IMG/VR virus record: IMGVR_UViG_3300042691_042551
Location: 1 to 64,000 of that record
DNA: 64,000 nt
From: a virus
Reading direction: 5' to 3' (one strand)
The notes under the pieces are model-generated. The model saw only the letters and a program-made list of their open reading frames with translations. It had not been told where the DNA came from and did not search any database. A program made the position numbers and the translations under genes. Below are positions 8,274 to 17,516 of the stretch, piece by piece (the stretch's first letter is position 1; each line of letters begins with the position of its first letter).

Positions 8274-8295
8274 GGCTTGAGAGTGCAAGCCTTAC
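8274..8295 (-). repeat. motif A copy 4
   Basis: GGCTT-gagagtgc-AAGCCTTAC, 10 nt upstream of the ATG at 8263. Confidence 0.85.
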
Positions 8296-8319
8296 ACGTA
8301 AGTTTAATGGTCGAACGAT

Positions 8320-8460
8320 GATGATGCGAGCGAGTGCGATGCCGACCGATGATCGCGAGCGCCCGTGAGTGAAAGGGGGGGGGCCGTGAAATTCGAGTGA
8401 CCCCCGGGGGGGGAGAAACCGGAAACCGAGAAGGCCCCCAAAAAGGGGGTGTAGTACCCT
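8320..8460. other. GC-rich non-coding element at the divergence of the two transcription blocks (candidate packaging site or genome terminus)
   Basis: G9 (8375-8383), C5G8 (8401-8413), C5A5G5 (8435-8449) and a GAAACCG tandem in an AT-rich genome; immediately upstream of the terminase region. Confidence 0.45.
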
Positions 8461-8490
8461 GTTATGCACTAGAGAAGGGCAATATATGAT

Positions 8491-8519
8491 TTTGATGTAT
8501 GTAGAATAGTATATATTTG
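8491..8519 (+). promoter_or_regulatory. Bacteroidota-type promoter (-33 TTTG, -7 TATATTTG)
   Basis: TTTG-N17-TATATTTG ending 4 nt before the ATG at 8524. Confidence 0.6.
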
Positions 8520-8523
8520 TGGT

Positions 8524-9180
8524 ATGAGTAATTTATTAATTGGAATAGATAAGGAGGGGAAGTTAGAGGAGAATGGCTGGCGGGAGATAGCAGAGTTTAA
8601 GCAGTTGGTAATGCGTTTTGGGGATGATAGTATGCGTACATTGATATTATCGTGGGATAGTTACAGTGTAATGCGTAGGATAGTTGATGATGTAGAACGG
8701 GAAAATCGTGTAGCGAGGATGTATTTGAAGGGGGATTCAAAGCAGGTTTTGAAGAGTAAGCATTACATTGAGGCGCGGTATTTGTATCAGGCGATGAATT
8801 ATGATGTAGATTTGGATGCAAAGCAGATTTACACTGAAAAGTTGATGAACATAAACCGGCAGATTTCGAAAGTTGATGTTGTGGAGAGTACGTCAAAGTT
8901 TAATGAGTTGATAGGGATACGGGGGAAATTGGAGCAGCAGTTAAATGATTTGAATGAGAAGTTGATGAATCGGGTAATCAACAAGAGGGATTTGGGGGAA
9001 ATGGTGTTAAGTGGTATTGAGGTGTTTTACCGTAGGGCTGAAAACAATAAGAAAGAGGATGAGTTGTTTAGAAATAAAAGGGATATGGCTAGAAAGGATG
9101 CCAGGAGAATAGCAAAGGAAAAGGTTGAAGCGGAATTGGAAGGGATAATACGTAAAAACAAAAAGGATGAGTTGGTATAA
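8524..9180 (+). CDS. putative terminase small subunit
   Basis: Helical/coiled-coil 218-aa protein overlapping the TerL start; assignment is positional. Confidence 0.5.
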   Translation: MSNLLIGIDKEGKLEENGWREIAEFKQLVMRFGDDSMRTLILSWDSYSVMRRIVDDVERENRVARMYLKGDSKQVLKSKHYIEARYLYQAMNYDVDLDAKQIYTEKLMNINRQISKVDVVESTSKFNELIGIRGKLEQQLNDLNEKLMNRVINKRDLGEMVLSGIEVFYRRAENNKKEDELFRNKRDMARKDARRIAKEKVEAELEGIIRKNKKDELV

Positions 9181-11065
9181 TCCGCATGTAGAATTAATGG
9201 AAAGTGGTTATGTTCAATCACTGGAAATTGGCAGTGAGGAATGGATTAACTACTGGTCTGAGCAGATTGAAAGGTGTTTGATAGGGTATTACTCTCCTCA
9301 AATGCCGGACATATACATTGAAGGTCGATATTACTTTGTGCTAAATTTTTGCAAGGCACTAAAAAAAGATGGGTGGACGTACCCGGAGTATCGAGATTAC
9401 CAAAACGAGTATTTTGAATTTGTCGAAGATAACGATGAACTAGGCGTCAATAGCGGAATGAAAAAAGCTAGGCGCAAAGGGTTTTCGTTTTTATCCCTTA
9501 TGGGAATATTGTACTACGATATGATATTCTACAACGGTATCATAGATGGTTTGGCCGTGGGCGATGATGAAACATTGACTTCAATGAGGAGCATGCTCTG
9601 GAATCACATAGAAAAAGTCGATCCATTCTTCTCTCTCACAGCAACGATCTGGAATAAGTCAATGATAAAGTTTGGCTGGGAAGAGGAAACAGAGAGCAAA
9701 CGAAAAAACAAATTTGGCACCGGTAACGAACTTAGAATGGAATTGTTCAGCAAAAACGTTGAATTATTTAAAGGTTTGATTATGAGGCATGTGCTTTTTG
9801 AGGAAATTGGAAAGTTTGAAAAGCTGCGCATGACCTATAACGGCACTAAGGATTGTTTTAAAGACGGAGCAATAACATTTGGTACCGGAATATTTGGGGG
9901 CACTGGCGGTAACGTGGAAAAGGGTTCTAAGGATTTTATGTACATGGTTAAAAACCCTCAGAACTTCAACCTTAAATGGATGTTTGTCAAGAGCACTAAA
10001 GGCATGGTTCCGTTTATTGATGAAAACGGAAAATCATTAGAAGAGCCGGTTCCAAGAGAATTAGCAGAAAAAGTAGCAAAACTTCATAATACCTCTGTCG
10101 ATTTGGTGATGAAGGGAGCTCAAAAGTTTTGGGAAGAGCAAGAAGGATTGCTTATGTCGGCACCCGACAAAACCGAACTGTATGCGTTTTACCAAGACAA
10201 CCCAATGAAGGATGAACACATCTTTCTCAATAAAGGTTCGGGTGTTTTTAATCAGGTTTTAATAGATCATCAGTACAACAAATTAATGGATTTTTCATTG
10301 TATGAAGGTTCTATACGCGGTTCGTGGAAACTGGTTTCTAACTGGAAAGACATTTACATAAACAACGGTTATGATTGGTGTCCTGAATGTGTTGAATTTG
10401 TCGAAAATGATGATGGCCCGGTTATAATGTGGGCCAGACCAAATTTAAAAGGAACAGATATTTTTGGACTTGACCCCTATGGTCAGGAAGAAACAGTTAC
10501 GTCCGATTCAATTGGTGTTTTATACGGATTTCGATTAAAAACAGCTTCTACGCAAAGGGATAATAGAATTATTCTAAAGTATGCAGACAGGCCGGCAAAC
10601 GTAAAAGACTTTCATTATCAAGTATTGTTTTCTTTGATAGGTTATGATGCCCTTGTAGATGCTGAATCAAATGCGGCCGGTGAGTTTTTTGCATTTATGG
10701 AATTGATGAAAGCCACTAAATACCTGAAGCCAGCGCCAAAAGAGTATGATGAATTTGAAACAAAAGCCAAAAACAAATATGGCAGAAGGATGTCTCCACC
10801 GGTAAAAAAGATACTCATAGGCAAAACAGCAGAATACATTAACGAGCAAATATCGGATGTGCCCGATCCGGCACTGTTAAACGACTGGAAATACTTTGGA
10901 AGCCAAAACACTGACCATGCAATGGCGTTTGGAATGTGTCTTTTATTTGCTGACGAGCATTACTCGATTGATGGGGTACACATGAGCGACCAAGAAGAAG
11001 AGCCGGAAAGCTCGTTAATAACCTACAAAAAGATTAATGGACAAATAGTTGCAATTTTAGGTTGA
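9167..11065 (+). CDS. terL: terminase large subunit
   Basis: Walker A KARRKGFS, Walker B VLFEEIGK, motif III GGTGG, nuclease acidic residues GLDPY...DS...D. Confidence 0.92.
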   Translation: MSWYNPHVELMESGYVQSLEIGSEEWINYWSEQIERCLIGYYSPQMPDIYIEGRYYFVLNFCKALKKDGWTYPEYRDYQNEYFEFVEDNDELGVNSGMKKARRKGFSFLSLMGILYYDMIFYNGIIDGLAVGDDETLTSMRSMLWNHIEKVDPFFSLTATIWNKSMIKFGWEEETESKRKNKFGTGNELRMELFSKNVELFKGLIMRHVLFEEIGKFEKLRMTYNGTKDCFKDGAITFGTGIFGGTGGNVEKGSKDFMYMVKNPQNFNLKWMFVKSTKGMVPFIDENGKSLEEPVPRELAEKVAKLHNTSVDLVMKGAQKFWEEQEGLLMSAPDKTELYAFYQDNPMKDEHIFLNKGSGVFNQVLIDHQYNKLMDFSLYEGSIRGSWKLVSNWKDIYINNGYDWCPECVEFVENDDGPVIMWARPNLKGTDIFGLDPYGQEETVTSDSIGVLYGFRLKTASTQRDNRIILKYADRPANVKDFHYQVLFSLIGYDALVDAESNAAGEFFAFMELMKATKYLKPAPKEYDEFETKAKNKYGRRMSPPVKKILIGKTAEYINEQISDVPDPALLNDWKYFGSQNTDHAMAFGMCLLFADEHYSIDGVHMSDQEEEPESSLITYKKINGQIVAILG

Positions 11066-11086
11066 TAATTTATTATTTTTGAAAAC

Positions 11087-13297
11087 ATGTATGTAAGAGA
11101 CATTGAAAAAGAAAACAGGGAGCCATTGTCATCAAAGTATAATGTTTATGAAGCTCCATATACAAAAAGCAAAAAAGTAATTGGCGAGTGGGGTTATTAT
11201 GTAACTACAACAATTATGGACATGGACAAAAACTATGTTCGTACATTTGGGAAGATTGATTCTGACACACCAATTATTGCTAACCCTTTAGTTTCTTTTA
11301 TTCAACGGTTAACATCGTTTTATGACAATACGTGGTCCGGTGGAAGTCTTGACTACATGAACAAACTGTATGGAAACGATCAGGTTTTGCCAACACGGTT
11401 TATAAACTATCCGCTTATGCGCGGAAAAATTGAATGGCTTGTTGGCCGATTTGAAGGTGCGCCTATTGACATGCACATGGGAGCCATTGATGAAAAGTCG
11501 GTAGAAGACAAAGTAAACAAAGCTACACAAAAGCTTTTTTTAAAGCTTATGCTTCCATTTATTGAGAACCTTGAGCAGATTACCAAAATTGAACTTGAAC
11601 CGGACAAGACAATACCGGAAGACATTGATAAGTGGTCACGGATAACCTATAAGCAGGCGCATGAAATAATTATGAGCAAGTTGACTGAGTATAATTTTAA
11701 AAAATACTCATGGATGAATGAGCTTACTAAAGGTTTTCGAGACACAGCCTTATATGGTTTTTCTTTTTTAAGCCATGTTCCAATTAATGATGAAGACATA
11801 AAGCTAAGGAAACCAAATCTTAATAACGTAGTATTTGATTGGGGTTGCGAAAATGATTATGGCGAAGATGCCATGTATTATGGCGAAAGAAGGTACATGA
11901 CTTTATCTGAAATTCAAAGAGAATTTGTTGTTGAAAAACAGTACCTAGATGAAATCAGAAAAGAAGTTTTTCGGTCAGAAGGAGTTACTACCGATCCGTA
12001 TACGCTTACTCATGGTTTTACCACCGAAATAGAAGTTATTGATTTGCTTCATAAAGCTTCAACCATTAAGAAGGTGAAAAAGACTCCAAACAAATACATC
12101 CCGGGAAAATACATTTACAAGATACTGGCCGAAGGTGAAGAAATACCTGAATCAAAACTTAAAAAAGAAGGTTCACAAATAGTTGAAATTGAAAAATTTG
12201 ATTGGTACCGCAGTGTTTTAGTGGCGAATAAGGTTGTAGTTAAATGCGAACCGGTGTATTCTCCAAGAAAAGACGAGCAATTAACCGATGTTGTCCAGCC
12301 ATTTACAGCATTTCTATACAATCGAATTAACAGTTATAAGCCAAACGGCTTTGGCGAACTAATGGAAGCAGCCCAAGAACTGTTTAATGCATGCATGGCT
12401 TTGCTAGAACTTGAACTTGCCACTTCTCCAGGAAACGTAGTTGAGTACGATACGCGATTTAAGCCAAAAAACGTACCATTGACTAACGTATTCTATCACA
12501 TGAGAGCGAACAAGTTAATTCAGGTAGACAGATCAAAAGCCGGTTCAAATGCCGGCACAATGTTTAATCAGGTTAACCTAACTCCAAACGGGGCAACGAT
12601 TTACTTAAATGTTGCCATGTACGTAGAAAATTTTATGGATCGGTTAACCGGTATAAGCAGTTTAGCTCAGGGAAATGTACCACAAGATACTTTTGTTGGA
12701 ACGCTGCAAACCGCTATTGAGCAATCCAATTTTATAACAAAACCGCTATACACATTTTACAGAGAAGGTATAAGAAAGACTTTTAAAAATTGCTCTTGCT
12801 ACATTAAGGAAATGAACAAGGGCAAAAAGAGAAGACTTGCTCTTGTAGCTCCCGATGCCGCAATACAATATTTTGCAATAGAAGGAGATATTGCTTTTTC
12901 TGATTATGATTTCTTTTACAATGACGGGATGGAAGATGAGCAAAAACGACAAATGCTTATTAATCTCGGTCAAAATGGATTGTCGGCCGGAACCGTTACC
13001 TTTAAAACTTTGAAAGATTTGATTATGACTAAAAACATAACCGAAGTATCGGTTATGATTGATCAAGAACTTGAGAAGTTTGAACAACGTCAGCAACAAA
13101 TGCAGCAAATTCAACAACAGTTGGAAAATGCAAAAATGATGCAACCGCAAGAACTTGCTAGACTTAAAGGCGAAATTGAAATGCTTATTAAACAGCAAGT
13201 CGGCCAGACAAATAAAGAAGTTGCTCAAATTTATGCTCAGGAAAAAATGAAGGACAGAATCCTAGAGCACGAGTTGAAAAAAGGAGAAAATTTGTAA
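11087..13297 (+). CDS. portal protein
   Basis: 736 aa directly after TerL; 'LTGIS..AQG...VGTLQTAIEQS' segment and Q-rich C-terminal coiled coil as in crAss/P22-type portals. Confidence 0.88.
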   Translation: MYVRDIEKENREPLSSKYNVYEAPYTKSKKVIGEWGYYVTTTIMDMDKNYVRTFGKIDSDTPIIANPLVSFIQRLTSFYDNTWSGGSLDYMNKLYGNDQVLPTRFINYPLMRGKIEWLVGRFEGAPIDMHMGAIDEKSVEDKVNKATQKLFLKLMLPFIENLEQITKIELEPDKTIPEDIDKWSRITYKQAHEIIMSKLTEYNFKKYSWMNELTKGFRDTALYGFSFLSHVPINDEDIKLRKPNLNNVVFDWGCENDYGEDAMYYGERRYMTLSEIQREFVVEKQYLDEIRKEVFRSEGVTTDPYTLTHGFTTEIEVIDLLHKASTIKKVKKTPNKYIPGKYIYKILAEGEEIPESKLKKEGSQIVEIEKFDWYRSVLVANKVVVKCEPVYSPRKDEQLTDVVQPFTAFLYNRINSYKPNGFGELMEAAQELFNACMALLELELATSPGNVVEYDTRFKPKNVPLTNVFYHMRANKLIQVDRSKAGSNAGTMFNQVNLTPNGATIYLNVAMYVENFMDRLTGISSLAQGNVPQDTFVGTLQTAIEQSNFITKPLYTFYREGIRKTFKNCSCYIKEMNKGKKRRLALVAPDAAIQYFAIEGDIAFSDYDFFYNDGMEDEQKRQMLINLGQNGLSAGTVTFKTLKDLIMTKNITEVSVMIDQELEKFEQRQQQMQQIQQQLENAKMMQPQELARLKGEIEMLIKQQVGQTNKEVAQIYAQEKMKDRILEHELKKGENL

Positions 13298-13319
13298 TTC
13301 ATATTTTTTTATAACTTTG
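13291..13319 (+). promoter_or_regulatory. Bacteroidota-type promoter
   Basis: TTTG-N17-TAACTTTG upstream of 13335. Confidence 0.6.
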
Positions 13320-13334
13320 TAAAAACAAAATGTT

Positions 13335-14486
13335 ATGACCGACACAACAGATTTCGAAGAAGATTTTGGTGGAGAAGACACCAAAAATTTATTTAACAAC
13401 GATGATGGATCAGCAGCCGCATCACAAAGCAATGATTTTTCTGATGATTACATCCCTGATGAAAGATCAGAATTTCCGGATGGCATTGCTCCATTTGGCG
13501 TAGACGATACTGGAAAACCTATTATTCCTGGAAACGAAACCGAAGCTGACAAAAACAACAAAAACGAAAACACAGTTGAATTGGATGAAAACGGTAATCC
13601 GATTGAAAAGCAAAAGCCAAGCAATCAAAAAAATGATGAAGAGGTAAGTGACGAGGAGTTAGAAAAAATTGCCAGTGGAATAGTTGATGGCAAAAAACCG
13701 CAACTGCCAGAAATAACCGTTAATTCGATTGCTACCGAACTAGGTTTAAAAGCCGAAACCGGAAAAGAAATTACTCTTGAACAAATCAATTCTGAAATCA
13801 AGCGTTTAAAAGAAATAAACACTGAGGAAGAAGACGAGATTAAAGAGTTTAAGCGATACAAAATTGCTAATCCGGAAGCGACATTGCAATCATTTGCTGA
13901 AGAACTGATTTCACCTGCCTCAAAGTTATTAAACTTAGGTAACGAAGCCGTGTATGCAGCATATTTAAAATCAAAAGATCCGTCAATGACTGACGATGCA
14001 ATTCGTTATGAGGTTGAACTTGCTGTAAAAGACGGAACACTGGAAGAGAAAGTAAAAGAACCGGTGTCTATTCTTCAGCAGCGTGATTTATCGCACAAGT
14101 CGGCCATTAATCAAAAAAAGCAAGACAAAATTAACGAGTACAACCAAACCGTCCTAAAAAACAGACAGCAAATGCTTTCTTCATTAAAAGAAAAGCCGGA
14201 AGTTTTTGAGGGCATGTTTAAATTGAAAAATTCAGATATCAAGGCTATATTAGAATCATCAGCTTCGGCAAGTGTAGAACAGGCGATCAAAGATCACCGT
14301 ACATACGCAGAAGTTGCTTATTTTTTGAAAAACCGTTCCGAAATTATCAAAGTAATCAAAGACAATGGCTTTGAAGATGGTAAAGGTATGGTAATCGAGA
14401 AAATGGCCAACGATAAACCAAATATACCAAGGCGAAGCTCCGCGCCTAGGGACCAGTTTAATATAACTGAGGATGAATGGGGCTAA
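13335..14486 (+). CDS. acidic scaffold-like head assembly protein
   Basis: Very acidic N-terminus, helical C-terminus, located between portal and capsid genes. Confidence 0.65.
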   Translation: MTDTTDFEEDFGGEDTKNLFNNDDGSAAASQSNDFSDDYIPDERSEFPDGIAPFGVDDTGKPIIPGNETEADKNNKNENTVELDENGNPIEKQKPSNQKNDEEVSDEELEKIASGIVDGKKPQLPEITVNSIATELGLKAETGKEITLEQINSEIKRLKEINTEEEDEIKEFKRYKIANPEATLQSFAEELISPASKLLNLGNEAVYAAYLKSKDPSMTDDAIRYEVELAVKDGTLEEKVKEPVSILQQRDLSHKSAINQKKQDKINEYNQTVLKNRQQMLSSLKEKPEVFEGMFKLKNSDIKAILESSASASVEQAIKDHRTYAEVAYFLKNRSEIIKVIKDNGFEDGKGMVIEKMANDKPNIPRRSSAPRDQFNITEDEWG

Positions 14487-14512
14487 TCATCAACCAATAA
14501 AAAAAATTTCTC

Positions 14513-15916
14513 ATGATACAAGTAACCAAAGGAAAGTATGGCAAAGCTAATATTCGCCAAAATGCTTTAGTAGAAAACGCACTTGAAAAGCCTGCTGTTT
14601 ACAGCACAATGATGCGTATTCGTTCACAATACGGTTTTACCTACCTAACAGAAGGTACCGGCCGTGTTAAAATGTTTGACACTCAGCAAACTGAGTGGGG
14701 CAACAACAAAATCGAATGGTTTTTAAAAGCTCCGGGTGAGCGCCCAGCTACAGTTGCAGGTGCAATCGTTGCCGGTTCGGGAACATTCAAGTTTACTCTC
14801 CCTGTAAACGAAGGACACCTGAACAAAAACGAAGTAGTACGTTTTGAAAACGGATACCTTGCTATGATTATGTCAGAAGCACAAGGTTCTGGACCATATT
14901 ACTACAATTTTGAAATCATCAATGTTGATGAAGCAACCACAAACCGACTCACTGTAACCAGTGCAGACATTCCGGCCGGTTCTCAAATCAGCATTTACTC
15001 AAATCTTTACGAAGAAAAATCACGCGAATCAGCCGGCACTGTTAGCTATCCTGATAAATACGCTCAATACCTGTCTATTCACAGACGCGGTTTGACTATT
15101 TCCGGATCAGCTCTTGCCAACGTAGCTTGGGTAACTAACACAAAAGGTACTCAGTCGTTGTGGTATTTCGAAAGCGAAGATGAAGTTGAAAAACAAATGC
15201 TTTCTCACATGGATCGCTGGCGTTTATACGGCCGTAATACAATCGGTCCTGATGGAAAACCGTTCTTAAGCCTTGGTGGTAAACCAATTTGGGCTGGTGA
15301 CGGACTTTTTGCACAAATCGAAGGTATAAATGACTGGTCATTCTCGGATGATTCAGCTATTAACCGTAACAACCTTGCTGATTACATCAGCCACCTTGCA
15401 ACCAAAGCAAATGACTTTGATGGCAACGAATGGGTTGTAATGACCGGTTCTCGTGGTGCAGTATTGTTCCATAAGTATTTTGAAAGCTCGGTTATCGAAA
15501 ACGGTAACACTACCTACAACATCCAAACCGGAAAACCAATTACAATGGGTGGTAACTTTACCAGCTATCAAATTGGAACAAACAAAATCCGTTTGGTTCG
15601 CGCAGCAGTATTTGATGATGAAAACATACACTCAAAACGTGATGCTAATGGCTACTTGATGGAATCAAGCCGTATGGTATTCATGAATATGGGTAAAATT
15701 GACAATGAGTCAAACATCATGATTGCTGTTCGTAAATCCGCATACGGAAATCGCGGCCTGATTAAAAAGTACATCCCAGGAATGGTTGATCCATTCAACA
15801 TTAAAATGGGAGCTACTGCAATGAATTCAGGTGACGGATTTGACGTAGAATGGTTGAGCGAATCAGGTGTTGTGGTTAAAAATCCATTTGCTTGCGGTCA
15901 GTGGATGCGTAAGTAA
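14513..15916 (+). CDS. major capsid protein
   Basis: 467 aa, position, crAss-like motifs ('IWAGDGLFAQI', 'VMTGSRG', 'DGFDVEWLSESG..V.NP'), strong terminator downstream. Confidence 0.85.
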   Translation: MIQVTKGKYGKANIRQNALVENALEKPAVYSTMMRIRSQYGFTYLTEGTGRVKMFDTQQTEWGNNKIEWFLKAPGERPATVAGAIVAGSGTFKFTLPVNEGHLNKNEVVRFENGYLAMIMSEAQGSGPYYYNFEIINVDEATTNRLTVTSADIPAGSQISIYSNLYEEKSRESAGTVSYPDKYAQYLSIHRRGLTISGSALANVAWVTNTKGTQSLWYFESEDEVEKQMLSHMDRWRLYGRNTIGPDGKPFLSLGGKPIWAGDGLFAQIEGINDWSFSDDSAINRNNLADYISHLATKANDFDGNEWVVMTGSRGAVLFHKYFESSVIENGNTTYNIQTGKPITMGGNFTSYQIGTNKIRLVRAAVFDDENIHSKRDANGYLMESSRMVFMNMGKIDNESNIMIAVRKSAYGNRGLIKKYIPGMVDPFNIKMGATAMNSGDGFDVEWLSESGVVVKNPFACGQWMRK

Positions 15917-15963
15917 TAGAAAAGACTACAAGCCGTTGCTGATTGGCTTGTCGGTCAAAACAC

Positions 15964-15994
15964 AAAGGGGGGCTTCGGCCCCTTTTTGTTTTTT
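15964..15994 (+). terminator. intrinsic terminator after the MCP gene
   Basis: GGGGC-TTCG-GCCCC followed by a T-rich tail. Confidence 0.85.
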
Positions 15995-16013
15995 ACAATA
16001 AATCATATATTTG
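15985..16013 (+). promoter_or_regulatory. Bacteroidota-type promoter overlapping the terminator tail
   Basis: TTTG-N17-TATATTTG; implies the next gene starts at ATG 16035, not TTG 16011. Confidence 0.55.
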
Positions 16014-16034
16014 TGTACTAATAAAAAACAGTTT

Positions 16035-16877
16035 ATGGCCGTACAGCAAAAAAAACAAGATCCTGAATCAGTAAGAATACAGGACCTTTCTATTCCAGAC
16101 AAAGAATACCCAATTACAGCAAAAAAGGTAATTGACAGGTCTAAGTCAGTTGTAAAAATTTATGATTTTATCGGGCCGGATGGCAAGGTAAAAGAAAAAG
16201 AACTGAAAGCACTTGGTAAAGTCAAGCTTGAGTACTTAAAAAACAAGCGTAAATTCAATCAGCAGCGTTTTTCATCTTACTATGATCCTGACAGAAATTT
16301 TGTTTGGGGTTCTTATTTAGATGCAGAAAAAACCGAACTCCGTTCGTATCTAATTGACAAAACAGAAAAAACACTTGATTTATCAAAAGAAACTGATTAC
16401 AAAATGTTTTTGGCGTTCATGACTGAGCCATTTGTTATGGGTTCGCTTAATCAAAGGGATGTTGCAATCTGGAAAGTAATTTGCATCACAGAAAAAGCAA
16501 AAGAAGACTACGAAAAATCGGACAACATAATTACTGCCACAAGTGCACTTCGCGATTTGACTGATGTTCAGATTAAAAACCTGGGCATTGTTCTTGGTTT
16601 GATAGCTTTTGAATCAATGGACAAAAAAGAGCAAATCACTATGCTGGCTAAAATTGCCGTAGAAAACCCTGAATCTATCCTTAAAGCAATCAAAAACGAA
16701 GATGCTGAGATTATCCTACTACTTGATCAGGCAAAACGCTCTGGAGTAATTGTAGAAGATGCTGGCATATTCAAATATGAGCGATATGAGCTCGGAACTA
16801 CATCGGAGCAAGCTATCCGCTTTTTGAAAAAGAATGAGAACGTAGCAAACCTAATCCGAAGCGAAATAACCGAATAA
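16035..16877 (+). CDS. conserved crAss-like virion-module protein (post-capsid gene)
   Basis: Position after MCP; C-terminal 'GIFKYERYELGTTSEQAIRFLKKNEN' typical of this slot; start revised to MAVQQKK. Confidence 0.7.
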   Translation: MAVQQKKQDPESVRIQDLSIPDKEYPITAKKVIDRSKSVVKIYDFIGPDGKVKEKELKALGKVKLEYLKNKRKFNQQRFSSYYDPDRNFVWGSYLDAEKTELRSYLIDKTEKTLDLSKETDYKMFLAFMTEPFVMGSLNQRDVAIWKVICITEKAKEDYEKSDNIITATSALRDLTDVQIKNLGIVLGLIAFESMDKKEQITMLAKIAVENPESILKAIKNEDAEIILLLDQAKRSGVIVEDAGIFKYERYELGTTSEQAIRFLKKNENVANLIRSEITE

Positions 16878-16880
16878 GAC

Positions 16881-17516
16881 ATGACAACCCTCGAAATGAT
16901 AAACCAGTTTAATACACTGAAGGATCTTTATCAAGCACCATACTATGATAATGACGATATCATTTTGTTTTTAAACCGGGCTATTGAGTCGAGGGTTGAT
17001 TCATATTATCCGCGAGAAAACGAACCTACTTTGGAAGGTTCATTTGGTCAATCACAGCGTTCCTTAGACGGAATACATACTTTAATTAAATCGACCACAA
17101 CGGGTTTAAATGCTGGCGGAACAGAATTTCACAAAAGGGCAAAGGCATACGTTGAATTACCAGAAGATTACAGGCATTTTGAAACAATTGAAATAGACTT
17201 CCCACCATACCCTAAAAAAATAACGGTAAAAGGTTTTGATGAAATTAATCAGGTTTTTGCTGATCCGTTTAGCACCCCGAACAATAGTTCAAATGTTTAC
17301 CTAGTTTGGCATGCAGGCAAAATTTTAATTTTTTCTCAAACGGTTCCTGCGGAAATCAATTTGATTTATTGTAAGAATCCGGAAATCATATCATTAAGTC
17401 AAGATTGTGATTTGCCTATTCTTGAGCATAGAAATGTTGTTGAGATTGCCGTAAAAATGGCAATAGGCATAGCAGAAGAAACAGATAGAGCAAAACTTAC
17501 ACCTTTGATTAAATAA
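16881..17516 (+). CDS. putative tail ring/adaptor protein
   Basis: 'IILFLNRA', 'ELPEDY', 'CDLPILEHRNVVEIAV' resemble crAss-like ring proteins; position. Confidence 0.65.
   Translation: MTTLEMINQFNTLKDLYQAPYYDNDDIILFLNRAIESRVDSYYPRENEPTLEGSFGQSQRSLDGIHTLIKSTTTGLNAGGTEFHKRAKAYVELPEDYRHFETIEIDFPPYPKKITVKGFDEINQVFADPFSTPNNSSNVYLVWHAGKILIFSQTVPAEINLIYCKNPEIISLSQDCDLPILEHRNVVEIAVKMAIGIAEETDRAKLTPLIK

Noticed and set aside
6591-8295. CRISPR array formed by the early-region repeats
   Set aside because: Copies are about 400 bp or more apart and separated by whole genes, not 30-40-bp spacers; no cas genes
8266-8469. 67-aa minus-strand ORF
   Set aside because: Pro/Gly/Arg-rich translation of the GC-rich homopolymer element; composition unlike the real genes
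9167-15916. Introns or inteins in terminase, portal or capsid genes
   Set aside because: ORFs are continuous and of ordinary length, with no intein or homing-endonuclease motifs recognised
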